A stretch of DNA of 64,000 nt, taken from assembly GCA_002311345.1 (NCBI GenBank), contig DCAA01000023.1:59494-123493 (forward strand), in the 5' to 3' direction. Position 1 is the stretch's first letter. Each line of letters starts with the position of its first letter. This document shows positions 1 through 9,694 of the stretch, in pieces. This stretch comes from Planctomycetes bacterium UBA1146 (GTDB taxonomy: Bacteria; Planctomycetota; UBA8108; UBA1146). A model generated the notes under the pieces. That model was not told the origin of the DNA, ran no database searches, and worked only from the letters and a program-made list of their open reading frames with translations. Both the position numbers and the translations under genes were made by a program.

Positions 1-1118
1 GCGGAACGGACATCGTTCTCGGTGAAGGTGTGGTGGATGTGGGTGGATTGATGGTGATTGGATCCGAGCGGCACGAGTCGCGTCGGATCGACAATCAGTT
101 GAGAGGGCGATGTGGTCGACAGGGTGATCCGGGGGCAACTCTCTTCTATCTGTCCCTGCAGGACGATCTGATGCGGCTCTTTGCAAGTGATCGTGTCTCC
201 TCGATGCTCAAACGTCTCGGGATGGATGAGGGAGTGGACATTTCTCACCCGATGGTTACCCGAGCCATCGAAAAGGCACAGAAGAAAGTGGAAGCCAGGA
301 ACTTCGAGATCCGCAAGAACCTGCTCGAGTACGACCAGGTCATGGATAGCCAGCGCAAGGTGATCTACCAGGTTCGAGATCGGATTCTTGCCAGTGACAA
401 CCTGATGGCACTGGTGGAGGAGCACTTCGAGCAGGTGATCGAGACCTACATCATGGGACTATTGGAGATCGAGGACCCTGACCAGGATGTTGGCGATTCC
501 GTGGCAGAATACATCGCCAGTCGCTATCAACTCCAACTGCCTGCTTCCACCTATGCCGAGGGCGAGCCGGAAGATTGGATCGAACTCGTCACCGCTGCGT
601 GGCTGAATCTGGTCGAAGAGAAGAGAAAATCCGCCGGCGATGAGCAGTTCGATCGGCTCCTCCATTTCATCTTGTTGCGAGCTGTTGATGAGAAGTGGAA
701 GGAACACCTGCATGCCATGGATCAACTCCGAACCGGAGTCGGGCTGCGTGGCTATGCACAGGTCGATCCAAAACTGGAATACAAGCGAGAGGGTTATTTG
801 CTCTTTGCCAGCATGCTGGAGCAATTGCGAGAAGAGACGTCCTCCATCATCTCGAGAATTCGAATCGAGTCAGTGGACGAGTCAGAGGAGCAGAAGCGTC
901 TGGCGCAGACATGGAGTGGCCAGTTGGAGGGTGTATCCTCTGATGATGCGCAACGGCAGTTCGAGTCTCATGCCGAAAATATGCAGCAGGGTGTTCTAGG
1001 GTCGCAGGGAACGACCACCTTGAATACAATCCGCAATGAACAACCGAAGGTGAAAAGGAATGATCCCTGTCCCTGTGGGAGTGGCAAGAAATTCAAGTAT
1101 TGCTGTGAGAGGAAGTGA
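1..1118 (+). CDS. secA: Preprotein translocase ATPase SecA, C-terminal part (5' end outside window)
   Basis: The frame is open from the window edge. The translation includes GSERHESRRIDNQLRGRCGRQGDPG and ends with the SecA zinc-finger tail CPCGSGKKFKYCC. Confidence 0.9.
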   Translation, partial: GTDIVLGEGVVDVGGLMVIGSERHESRRIDNQLRGRCGRQGDPGATLFYLSLQDDLMRLFASDRVSSMLKRLGMDEGVDISHPMVTRAIEKAQKKVEARNFEIRKNLLEYDQVMDSQRKVIYQVRDRILASDNLMALVEEHFEQVIETYIMGLLEIEDPDQDVGDSVAEYIASRYQLQLPASTYAEGEPEDWIELVTAAWLNLVEEKRKSAGDEQFDRLLHFILLRAVDEKWKEHLHAMDQLRTGVGLRGYAQVDPKLEYKREGYLLFASMLEQLREETSSIISRIRIESVDESEEQKRLAQTWSGQLEGVSSDDAQRQFESHAENMQQGVLGSQGTTTLNTIRNEQPKVKRNDPCPCGSGKKFKYCCERK

Positions 1119-1230
1119 GGGGATCGGTGGGGGGGGCAGATTGAATCGGGAGGGTGCGTGGCAACGTGCAGACGGCCGCGCCGGTGCCGTGAAAGATCGA
1201 AGCGTCCATCGATCCAAACCTGGACTACGA

Positions 1231-2514
1231 TTGCTCGGCTTCTTACTCGATTTCCCGATGGCAGCCGCGCTAATATTGCTATCTCCCTGGCTTTTTCAAC
1301 TGGTTTTCTTGCGAGGGAGATCTGTCGGATCGCTGATGCAACGTCTCGGCTTCTGGAGCATCTCACTGCCGAGTCGCGATAGGATCTGGATTCATGCAGC
1401 CAGCGTGGGAGAGGTCAGGGCAGCGATTCCACTGATCGATTGCTTCCGTCGCGACCGTCCCGGGGCGGAGGTGGTGCTTTCCACGATGACCACCGGAGCC
1501 AGGGATCTCGCCAAGGAGTTGCTTCCCGATGAGCAGGTTCGGCTATTTCCGTTCGATTTCTCTCCGTGTGTCCATGGTGTGCTATCGAGACTACGTCCGG
1601 ATGTGGTTGTGCTGGTCGAACTGGAATTGTGGCCAAACTTGCTGCTGGCATGTCACGCCCGTTCGATTCCGGTGGTGGTCGTCAATGGTCGGATTTCATC
1701 TTCTGGCGAGAAAAAACTCTCGATGTTCGGGCCACTAACAAGGTGCTTGATGCAAGGTCCGACGCAAGTGTGTGCGCGAGGCGAACAGGACGCGGAACGT
1801 TTTCTCGCACTCGGTGTGGCACCCGAACGGATCAGGATCACTGGAGAATTGAAGCACGATGCCATCGTCGGCCCTGATCCTCCGCTTGTTCGACAAGATC
1901 ATGATCGTGCTGTCGGATTCGCGCAGGGCGGGTTCCGCTGGGTTGCAGGATGTACCCATCCCGGCGAAGAGAAAGTGGTGCTAGAAGCTCACCGCAGTCT
2001 TCTCCTCGAACGACCAGGGAGCCAGTTGATCCTCGCTCCTCGACATATTGAGCGAGCAGACTCAGTTCTCATGATGGCAAGACAGATGGGTTTTGATTCG
2101 GAACTGGAATCGAGTTCCAATTCCGGATGTTGCTGTGTGATGGTTGTCGATCGTCTCGGAAGGCTCGATGGAGCCTACAGGATCTCGGACGCGGCCTTCG
2201 TAGGGGGTAGTCTGATCCCTCGTGGTGGGCACAATTTACTCGAGCCTGTGGCTGCTGGTTGTGTCAGTTGCCATGGCCCATCGATGGAAAACTTCACGGA
2301 TATGGTCGAGTTGTTGCGTGAAGCCGGTGCGGTGCATCAACTTTCCAGACCTGAAGAACTCGGACCCTTGCTCCAGAAATGGGCCGGGGATCAGAACCTG
2401 CGACAACGTGGTCGTGATAAGGCCAAGCAGGTGCTGGAGCAGATCGGAGGGGCATCAGAGCGTTGCTCGAGGGTTCTCAGTGAGTTGCTGATCTCGGTTG
2501 GCTCGAGCGGATGA
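1231..2514 (+). CDS. waaA: 3-deoxy-D-manno-octulosonic acid (Kdo) transferase
   Basis: Kdo-transferase signature [18 protein letters not shown] follows an N-terminal membrane anchor. The start is uncertain: TTG 1231 or ATG 1258. The ORF opens at 1060, but that start would overlap secA. Confidence 0.85.
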   Translation: MLGFLLDFPMAAALILLSPWLFQLVFLRGRSVGSLMQRLGFWSISLPSRDRIWIHAASVGEVRAAIPLIDCFRRDRPGAEVVLSTMTTGARDLAKELLPDEQVRLFPFDFSPCVHGVLSRLRPDVVVLVELELWPNLLLACHARSIPVVVVNGRISSSGEKKLSMFGPLTRCLMQGPTQVCARGEQDAERFLALGVAPERIRITGELKHDAIVGPDPPLVRQDHDRAVGFAQGGFRWVAGCTHPGEEKVVLEAHRSLLLERPGSQLILAPRHIERADSVLMMARQMGFDSELESSSNSGCCCVMVVDRLGRLDGAYRISDAAFVGGSLIPRGGHNLLEPVAAGCVSCHGPSMENFTDMVELLREAGAVHQLSRPEELGPLLQKWAGDQNLRQRGRDKAKQVLEQIGGASERCSRVLSELLISVGSSG

Positions 2515-2647
2515 AGTCGCTAGAGTATCTCGTTCCACGGCCCATCAGGGCTTTGCGAGAGATGACAGCAGTTGCGGGCGAGTAAGAGGTCTCGAGGCTC
2601 CGGGAGGGGCGAGGCTTGATCCTGCCCGCTGCACGGAAGGAACGCAG

Positions 2648-3808
2648 ATGCCGGGAGAGACCGCTCTCTTTACCTCAGAATCGGTTTCCAGGGGACACCC
2701 TGACAAGATCGCCGATCAGATCTCGGACGCCGTCCTCGATGCATATATTGCCGGAGATCCCGACAGCCGGGTGGCTTGCGAAACGATGGTCACCACGGGT
2801 CTGGTGGTGGTGGCCGGTGAGGTTACCAGCAGTGCCACCATCGATATTCCACAGCTGGTTCGAGATGTAATCCGTGACATCGGTTACACCGATTCAGCGA
2901 TGGGATTCGATGCGGATACCTGCTCGGTGATGGTATCTCTCGACAAGCAGAGTCCTGACATCGCGATGGGTGTAGATCGGGCTGGAGCGGGTGATCAAGG
3001 GTTGATGTTCGGATTCGCCTGTACCGAGACACCAGAGTTGATGCCGATGCCCATCTCGTTATCCCACAAGCTGGTTGCCGAGCATGCGAAGATACGTGCG
3101 GCAGGGGAAGCGCCCTTCCTTCGCCCCGACGCCAAGAGTCAGGTGACCGTGGAATATGTCGATGGAATACCGAAGCGTGTCGATGCAGTGGTGTTCTCTA
3201 CACAGCATTCGGAAGATGTATCGAACGAAACCCTGCACCAGTTCGTCGAGGATCGGATCATTCGAGAGGTCATCCCGTCCGAACTCCTCGATGAGAACAC
3301 CAGGTACTACATCAATCCGACCGGTAGGTTCGTCGTCGGCGGCCCCCAGGGAGACTGTGGCCTGACCGGTCGCAAGATCATCGTTGATACCTACGGCGGA
3401 ATGGGACGGCATGGCGGTGGTGCCTTCAGTGGTAAGGATCCCTCCAAGGTGGATCGGTCCGCCTGTTACATGGCCAGGTTCGTGGCCAAGAACATCGTCG
3501 CAGCAGGGCTCGCCAGCAAGTGCGAGGTGCAACTGGCTTATGCCATTGGAATTGCCGAACCGATGTCGGTGCTGGTCGATTCCTTCGGCTCCTCGACGAT
3601 TTCCGCCAGCGAACTCGAGCGCCTGGTGCGAGAGGTGTTCGACCTCACTCCCGCCGGAATCATCTCCTATCTCAATCTGAAACGACCCATCTACCTTGCT
3701 ACAGCAGCCCATGGGCACTTTGGCAGGGAAGAGGAAGGATTCCCCTGGGAGGGCACCGGGAAGGTCGAGCAATTGAAGTCTCTCGCTTCCCAGATGGCAG
3801 GAAACTGA
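2648..3808 (+). CDS. metK: S-adenosylmethionine synthetase
   Basis: [26 protein letters not shown] and [16 protein letters not shown] motifs are present. ATG 2648 matches the usual MetK N-terminus; the ORF-track start at 2498 is an over-extension. Confidence 0.95.
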   Translation: MPGETALFTSESVSRGHPDKIADQISDAVLDAYIAGDPDSRVACETMVTTGLVVVAGEVTSSATIDIPQLVRDVIRDIGYTDSAMGFDADTCSVMVSLDKQSPDIAMGVDRAGAGDQGLMFGFACTETPELMPMPISLSHKLVAEHAKIRAAGEAPFLRPDAKSQVTVEYVDGIPKRVDAVVFSTQHSEDVSNETLHQFVEDRIIREVIPSELLDENTRYYINPTGRFVVGGPQGDCGLTGRKIIVDTYGGMGRHGGGAFSGKDPSKVDRSACYMARFVAKNIVAAGLASKCEVQLAYAIGIAEPMSVLVDSFGSSTISASELERLVREVFDLTPAGIISYLNLKRPIYLATAAHGHFGREEEGFPWEGTGKVEQLKSLASQMAGN

Positions 3809-3815
3809 TCGAGGT

Positions 3816-4667
3816 TCAGCTCAGTCCCAGTCGATCCACATCGTCTTCGTCGAGGCCGAGGTGATGTCCGAACTCATGTAGCAGGGTGATACGGATTTCA
3901 GAGCGGAGTTCTTCTCGATCCTGACAGATTCGTTCGAGATTTCTGCGGTAGATCCGGATGGAAGCTCCGGTTGGTATTTCACCGATACCACCGACCTCCA
4001 GGTGAGACCGATCCACCAGGTTGATGCCCGAATAGAGTCCGAGAGTGTCCGGATGAACCTCGCCTCGGGTCTCCTCGATCAGTTTTCTGTCAGGCAGGTC
4101 CTCGATCATCACGGGGACTTCCGCCAACGATTTGCGTAGAGCTTCCGGCAACTCTTCGATCACCTCCGAGACGAGGAGATGGGCTTCCCGTTCGGAAATC
4201 GACGGGATCGGGGGATTCCTCAGGGGGTCCAGTTGAGCCGCCCGCTCGAAATGAGCCTCGGCGAGCGCCAGTTCTCCCAGGTGATCCTGACACAACCCGA
4301 TGAAGTACTCGCGGTCGGAGGCTTCCTGGGCGCCTGCGGGTGTGACCGATTCCACGGAGTCGAGCGCACCGCGTGGATCACCGGTGGCATAGAGAGCTTC
4401 GGCGAGGCGCACCTTGCGCAACTGTTCCAGTTCCTGTGCCCGGTTCTGTGACAGATCGCTAGCGACGGGAGCCCCGGCGAGCGATTCCAGCAGTTTCAGT
4501 GCGTCGAGTGGCGCCCCCCCCTCGAGAAAACCAGTGGCGACCAGGATCGTTTCGTCCATTCGAGAGACGTTCGATCGAAGCAGTTTCGCCAGCGCCAGAG
4601 AGCGATTTACGTCTCCATCTTCGACAGCGTTTCGTAGTTTCTCTAGATCAGATTCGGAATCAACCAA
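3816..4667 (-). CDS. TPR-like N-terminal region fused to a zincin-like metallopeptidase domain (DUF1025/Zincin_1 type)
   Basis: The C-terminus ITLLHEFGHHLGLDEDDVDRLGL carries HExxH, preceded by LGLYSG...IRIYRRNL, which is typical of the small zincin family. TTG 4667 is preceded by GAGGGGG. The ATG 4733 alternative overlaps the upstream gene by 74 nt. Confidence 0.7.
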   Translation of the reverse strand: MVDSESDLEKLRNAVEDGDVNRSLALAKLLRSNVSRMDETILVATGFLEGGAPLDALKLLESLAGAPVASDLSQNRAQELEQLRKVRLAEALYATGDPRGALDSVESVTPAGAQEASDREYFIGLCQDHLGELALAEAHFERAAQLDPLRNPPIPSISEREAHLLVSEVIEELPEALRKSLAEVPVMIEDLPDRKLIEETRGEVHPDTLGLYSGINLVDRSHLEVGGIGEIPTGASIRIYRRNLERICQDREELRSEIRITLLHEFGHHLGLDEDDVDRLGLS

Positions 4668-5349
4668 GCAGCCCCCTCGATTCGAGCCAGCGCTCGATCG
4701 ACGCGATGGACCCCTCACCGAGTCGATGGCCATCCGAATGCCAGTCCAATGTGACGTTGGCCCCGGATTGCGAGAGGATCCGCATCGATTCCCTCACCGG
4801 GTCTGGTTGCGTCAGGGGGTCATTTTCATCGTGGAGAAGCAGTACAGCAGGTAACTTTCCTGAGGTGAGTTCATCTTCGAGAAACTCGTGCTTGAGACGA
4901 GCAGAGGCGATGATGCAATTCGCGAACCGTTCTGGATGTCTGCAAGCGATGAATCCTGCCATATATCCACCCTGGCTGAAGCCGAGCAGTGTGGTTCTGG
5001 AACCATCGAGACCAGTGGAATCGAGAACCGTCTCGACGAGGCCCAGCAGATCCTTCTCTGACTTCTGCATCGAATTCAGGAAGCGTTGCTGGTCGCCGGT
5101 GTAGATGTACCAGGAATGCCCTTCACGGATCGTGTTGCGCTCCCTCACTTCGTGTCGGTAAGGGCCGTCAGGTGTCAACAGTGCCACTCCTCGCTCGCTG
5201 AGATGCTGGAGCAGGCGAGCCAGCCCGGACCCATCTTGGCCCATGCCGTGAAGTGCGACGAGGCAAGATGTTGGTTTGCCCTCGGGTGGGATCCATCGCC
5301 AGGCGACATCGTCCTCGAACTTGCGATGGTTGAGTTGAATCCTGTCCAG
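4660..5349 (-). CDS. Phospholipase/carboxylesterase-family alpha/beta hydrolase
   Basis: GFSQGG nucleophile elbow is present, and the LVALHGMGQDG oxyanion region spans the first ATG (5244). The 5' end is set at an in-frame CTG (5349) preceded by AGGAGG plus 5 nt. See findings. Confidence 0.65.
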   Translation of the reverse strand: MDRIQLNHRKFEDDVAWRWIPPEGKPTSCLVALHGMGQDGSGLARLLQHLSERGVALLTPDGPYRHEVRERNTIREGHSWYIYTGDQQRFLNSMQKSEKDLLGLVETVLDSTGLDGSRTTLLGFSQGGYMAGFIACRHPERFANCIIASARLKHEFLEDELTSGKLPAVLLLHDENDPLTQPDPVRESMRILSQSGANVTLDWHSDGHRLGEGSIASIERWLESRGLLG

Positions 5350-5778
5350 GAGATCCTCCTGTCGATACCCGTATGGAGATCGACTCTCTTGTAGAGAGTC
5401 TCGATTGTACGGTATCGCTCCGGTTGCCGGGAGAGCAGTTCCGATTGACGAAACCGAGCACGATAATAATTGGAGAGACTTCCCCTGTAAGAAGCGTCTT
5501 CTATATCGATGGCAGCAGGAAGGTGAGTGCGATGAGCCCTACACGTCTGAAATCGGATGTTCCTTCACCCAAATCGTGCCAGTCATCGATGCACTCCAGG
5601 TCGTCGATGAACACGCAGTCGCCTGTCCGGCGAACTTGAGTCGCGGCGATGATGTCATCGGGGCTCCACCGGCTTCGGCAAAAGAGGCACAGAACTGTGT
5701 AGAAGACGCTGGTCTCGACACTCTTACCTGGTACGCCGCAAACTCCGTTGACCTCCGCGTGGGGAAGGTAGTTTCTCT

Positions 5779-6612
5779 TCAGGGGCAGTTGGAGTAATTG
5801 GCGCAGCCGATTGCAGATTCTCCAGCGGGGTCTGCTCCACAGTCAGGCCAGGGGGCTGCCGGGGCAGCGCCATCGAGGAACTGGTGATTGATCAGATAGA
5901 TCACGTCACCGAGATCCACCGTGAAGTCGTTGTTGGCATCGGCAGCTGCACTGCAACCTGGAATGAGACCATCGGCAAAGAAGTAATTGATCAGGAATAT
6001 CGCGTCAGCCAGGTTGAGAGTCCCATCATCATTTCCATCTCCGCGAATGAACGCCACCGCATCGACGAAACACAAGGTGCCGGCCTGTAACTCTGGCATC
6101 GTTGAAATTCCGTCGATGGTCAAGATGTTATGAATAACCGGTTGCCCCATTCCGTTGACTGGACTGATGTCGGAACAACTTCCAATCAGGGCATTGTCAG
6201 CCACGACTTGCAGGGTGAAGCGAACGATCGAATTCTCGGTGCCTGGTGCTAATGTCTGGCCACTGAAGGGAGGACTGAAATCAAAGATCGCGGCGCATGC
6301 TGCCCATCCAATTCCAGGTTCGAAATTGTCATCGTAGGTCGAAGTGAAGAACTCGACCTCGTGTGGTGCCAGCAAAATCTCGATGTCCAGTCCACTGGTA
6401 TCTTCAGAGACGTGCGAGAAGATGTTGGAGTCCCAACTGATGGCGCTCTGGAAGCCCTGGATGTGGAGTTGATTGTTGAGTCGAACGATCGCCTCGGCAT
6501 GGGCACCAGGGATTGCCGTGGCGTCATCGATCCACATCAAATCCTGGGCCTGTGAGACGCTGGCGATAGACAAGACAGCGACGATGATGGCTATCACGTA
6601 GGAGTGACGCAT
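5779..6612 (-). CDS. Secreted protein A: one cohesin-like module plus a C-terminal dockerin-like module
   Basis: Signal peptide MRHSYVIAIIVAVLSIASVSQAQD. The module carries IQGFQSAISWD...AAIFDFSPPFSGQTL. The C-terminus has RGDGNDDGTLNLAD...ADANNDFTVDLGD...PWPDCGADP. Confidence 0.75.
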   Translation of the reverse strand: MRHSYVIAIIVAVLSIASVSQAQDLMWIDDATAIPGAHAEAIVRLNNQLHIQGFQSAISWDSNIFSHVSEDTSGLDIEILLAPHEVEFFTSTYDDNFEPGIGWAACAAIFDFSPPFSGQTLAPGTENSIVRFTLQVVADNALIGSCSDISPVNGMGQPVIHNILTIDGISTMPELQAGTLCFVDAVAFIRGDGNDDGTLNLADAIFLINYFFADGLIPGCSAAADANNDFTVDLGDVIYLINHQFLDGAAPAAPWPDCGADPAGESAIGCANYSNCP

Positions 6613-6719
6613 GTTTCCTCCTCTGAGAGGGGATTGTGAACCGTCGGTGCGGACGCAGGGGGGTCCTCAAACGATTCAGGGGATGTTGAGGTCGTTTCAG
6701 TAGAGCAGCAGCTGAAGGA

Positions 6720-8102
6720 TCAGCAACCGCTCGGGAGTACACAATCGAGCGTATCCTCGGAAGGATCGAGCCCACAGTTAAAGGGGCCGGGGGCTCCCGG
6801 TATCGGTCCATTCACGAAAAGGTAATTCAGCAAGAAGATGGAGTCCGAGATGTCAAGGCCACCATCGTCGTTGACATCAGCAGAATCAAAACAGGCAGGT
6901 TGATCTCCTGACACGAAGAGCCAGTTCATCACGAACAGGGCATCTGCCAGGTCGATGCTGGAATCTCCATTTGAATTGCCTCTAAGGAAACCCGGAGCAT
7001 CAAGGAATTCCACGATACCGTTCTCCAGTATCGGAGAGATGGAGAGCCCATCGAAGATCACGTAGTTGAGCGCTTGCCCCGAGGTGCAGTTTGGATTTGA
7101 CGGTGGGCACGAGGGGAGCAGGTAGGAATCGTCGAGAACGATTTCCGTTGTAGTTCCCAGCAGAGTCGGATCCGCAGGAGTCTGGAACTCGAGACGCAAG
7201 AGGCTCTGTCCATCTCCTCCTGGTAGGACCTGCCCTCCGAAGGGGGGCAGGAAATCGAAGATTGCAGCGAACGTTGCCAAACCGACTCCCGGTTCAACGG
7301 CTGGATCGAAGGCCGGATAGAAAAGTTCTATTCCTCCCTGGACTCCAGGGCCTCCGGGAAACAACGCATCCAGGAACAATCCTGAGTACCAGTCAGCGCC
7401 GGAAGCGGGTATCTGGAGGTCCAGGATGGTGTTGTCATAAGAGATCGCCACCTGGAATCCCTGGATCTCATCCTCGTGGTCATAGCGGAGCGTGGCAGTA
7501 ACCAGACTACCTGGAGTTGCGGCGATGCTACCGAAATAGAAACGGTGCAGGTTGTTGATGGTGAGAGATCCGTCAACCAGGGTCGGGATTATCGAAAAAC
7601 CGCCAGAAGAAAGCACGCTATCGATCGGTGGATCTCCCAGACCATTCACGAACTGAATCGGAATGGTAGCGGGGAGACTGATGGAACTGACGGAGAAATT
7701 CAATCTCATCAGGGCGTTCTGATCATCGGGAGAGGCCGGTAGCGTCGCCGGAGGTGTGCTCAAATCGCCATACGAGAAGATCACACCTGCAAGCAGGACA
7801 CCGGTAACGGAGTCGATGGAGATACCCGCAAAGTCGGGTTCCGCGCCCGATAGCAACCCGGAGACCGCGGTGTCCTGGAAATCGACTTCACTGAGGTTGA
7901 GGTGGATCGGGTTGTACTGGATTCCGACAGCGAAGCCTTCGATTCCTGAGTCATGGGTTGCACGAATGAAACAGAACACGTCTGAATCGCCGGCATTGGC
8001 GGCAATGTTGTCGATGCTGAGCACATCTGCAGCGCCAGCGGACTGCTGGAAAAGGCCACAGAGAACCGCCAGAATCATGAATCGGTTAAGGAAACCAAAC
8101 AT
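6720..8102 (-). CDS. Secreted protein B: two cohesin-like modules plus a dockerin-like module
   Basis: Signal peptide MFGFLNRFMILAVLCGLFQQSAGAADV. Two modules are seen (IEGFAVGIQYNP... and IQGFQVAISYDN...AAIFDFLPPFGGQVL). The C-terminus has RGNSNGDSSIDLAD...ADVNDDGGLDISD...FNCGLDPSEDTLDC. Confidence 0.75.
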   Translation of the reverse strand: MFGFLNRFMILAVLCGLFQQSAGAADVLSIDNIAANAGDSDVFCFIRATHDSGIEGFAVGIQYNPIHLNLSEVDFQDTAVSGLLSGAEPDFAGISIDSVTGVLLAGVIFSYGDLSTPPATLPASPDDQNALMRLNFSVSSISLPATIPIQFVNGLGDPPIDSVLSSGGFSIIPTLVDGSLTINNLHRFYFGSIAATPGSLVTATLRYDHEDEIQGFQVAISYDNTILDLQIPASGADWYSGLFLDALFPGGPGVQGGIELFYPAFDPAVEPGVGLATFAAIFDFLPPFGGQVLPGGDGQSLLRLEFQTPADPTLLGTTTEIVLDDSYLLPSCPPSNPNCTSGQALNYVIFDGLSISPILENGIVEFLDAPGFLRGNSNGDSSIDLADALFVMNWLFVSGDQPACFDSADVNDDGGLDISDSIFLLNYLFVNGPIPGAPGPFNCGLDPSEDTLDCVLPSGC

Positions 8103-8247
8103 CTCGAAAACTCCTCGCAGCGGACGTATCGGGGTACATCGACCGGATTCCCGGACGATTCCATCCTATCACCTCGAGGTATCCGATCCACATCCTGCCG
8201 ACCATGTCATGGGCACGCGATTTGCCGTGGATGGTCACTCACCCGGC

Positions 8248-8283
8248 AAAAAATGGACCCCGGAGGCGTGAACCTCCGGGGTC
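8248..8283 (-). terminator. Rho-independent terminator downstream of array gene C
   Basis: On the minus strand: GACCCCGGAGG-TTCACG-CCTCCGGGGTC, a perfect 11-bp stem with a 6-nt loop, followed by CA and TTTTTT. It lies 48 nt after the stop at 8332. Confidence 0.75.
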
Positions 8284-8331
8284 TCGAGTTCAATGCGAGG
8301 TTGATCTCGAATTTAGCTAGTCAGGTGTCGT

Positions 8332-9603
8332 TTACTGGTCGTCAGCGTCGCCGTCACAACCGATACCGTCACCTGTGGTCGGGTCGATTCCGAGGTCCGG
8401 GAACGGTGCCATCGGAGGAGCTCCACCAGCGAACTGGTAAGAGAATATCCAGACGGCGTCACCAACACTGATTTCACCATTGTCGTCCAGGTCACAGGAA
8501 TCAAGGCAGCCAGGTGTGGTGCCACCCTGGAAGAGGTACTGCAGGACAGAAATTCCGTCTGCGATGTTGACGAGTCCTCCATCGCTGTTGCAGTCGCCCC
8601 TGACAAAGGGATTGAAATCGACGATCTCGATATCGCCGTTGACGAGATTCGGAGTTTCGTTGTAATTCGCATCGACGATCTTATTGGTGATGGGAGGAGT
8701 TCCCGCCGACTCGACGAAGATGACAGGGGTGGTCAGCGGAGCTGTAGCTCCACCGAGATCTGCATTGACGTCGAATTGCAGGTTAAGAACTTCCTGGTTG
8801 TCACCAATTGGAATGTCCGTTGAAGTATCGAGGGCCATGATCAGGCCCGCGGCGATCTCGCCGGCTTCCAGGTTCTCTGACAGTGCGACGAATTCCGCTG
8901 AAGCCGCAACGCCCGAGGCCAGAACGCTGGTCAGGGTCATGAGAGACGGGTCGTATTGACCTGCGATCTGAAAACCATCGAGAGGACGCACCGTCGAGAT
9001 CAGGACCGGCAGGTTTGCGGTCTGACCCACGACGCCCAGCCCATGTCCGAAGATCAGGTAGTTGGGACTGTGGATCAGGAAAGTGGCTCCACTGGTGATC
9101 GGGTCTACGCTATTGCCGTTGATCACGAGCACGGTACTGACCGGGGGCGTTCCTGCGGTGCAGAAATCAACCCAGCATGATTGACCGACAGCAGCGAGAA
9201 CCTGGTAGTTCACATCGAGCATGCTGAAGTTCTGGACCTGGCTCAGGACCGCACAGCCGGTGAAGCAGATGACGACACCGGACATGACCGCATCGTCGGA
9301 CAGGATCGTGGTCTCGAAATCAGGCAAGGCGCCGTTTTTGACGGTACTGGCATCTGCTCCGAGTTGGGCACCAACGGGGATCATGCCCTCGTTATTGCAC
9401 AGGCTCAGGCTCCAGCCCTGAATTTCTGCTGGTTCCAGGACGTTCAACTGGGCGGTCGAGGTGAAGGTGTCTCCGCCGAACACGTCGCCACCGTCCATGA
9501 ACATCTCGAATGCAGGATTCTGGGCGAATCCAACGGTACCAACGCCGAAAATCAGGATGAGAACACACATCCTACAAATATTCTCGCGTATAGAGTTACG
9601 CAT
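8332..9603 (-). CDS. Secreted protein C: two cohesin-like modules (one of the QGWSLSL/CFTGCA subtype) plus a dockerin-like module
   Basis: ATG 9603 has GGAAGGAACGAG upstream and gives the signal peptide MRNSIRENICRMCVLILIFGVGTVGFAQ. The ORF-track start at 9804 overlaps the upstream gene. The C-terminus has RGDCNSDGGLVNIAD...CDLDDNGEISVGD. Confidence 0.75.
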   Translation of the reverse strand: MRNSIRENICRMCVLILIFGVGTVGFAQNPAFEMFMDGGDVFGGDTFTSTAQLNVLEPAEIQGWSLSLCNNEGMIPVGAQLGADASTVKNGALPDFETTILSDDAVMSGVVICFTGCAVLSQVQNFSMLDVNYQVLAAVGQSCWVDFCTAGTPPVSTVLVINGNSVDPITSGATFLIHSPNYLIFGHGLGVVGQTANLPVLISTVRPLDGFQIAGQYDPSLMTLTSVLASGVAASAEFVALSENLEAGEIAAGLIMALDTSTDIPIGDNQEVLNLQFDVNADLGGATAPLTTPVIFVESAGTPPITNKIVDANYNETPNLVNGDIEIVDFNPFVRGDCNSDGGLVNIADGISVLQYLFQGGTTPGCLDSCDLDDNGEISVGDAVWIFSYQFAGGAPPMAPFPDLGIDPTTGDGIGCDGDADDQ

Positions 9604-9694
9604 TACTCGTTCCTTCCTGTTGTCGGCTTCGAAGTGCCGACCAACCTCGCTATTTGGTCTTCCCCAACGTCTGGGGAAGTTGTTGCCTTTGTTA

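Noticed and set aside
5350-5845. Two mutually antisense open frames lie between the hydrolase and array gene A. The plus-strand ORF is 5405..5797 (130 aa, TTG start). The minus-strand frame is open from 5842 to about 5484 (...DDIIAATQVRRTGDCVFIDDLECIDDWHDLGEGTSDFRRVGLIALTFLLPSI) and has no ATG/GTG/TTG until 37 codons before its stop.
   Set aside because: Both look vaguely protein-like. Neither has a recognisable motif, a convincing start or an SD. Antisense frames of RNY-biased sequence stay open by chance. I cannot decide which frame, if either, is coding without homology or expression data.
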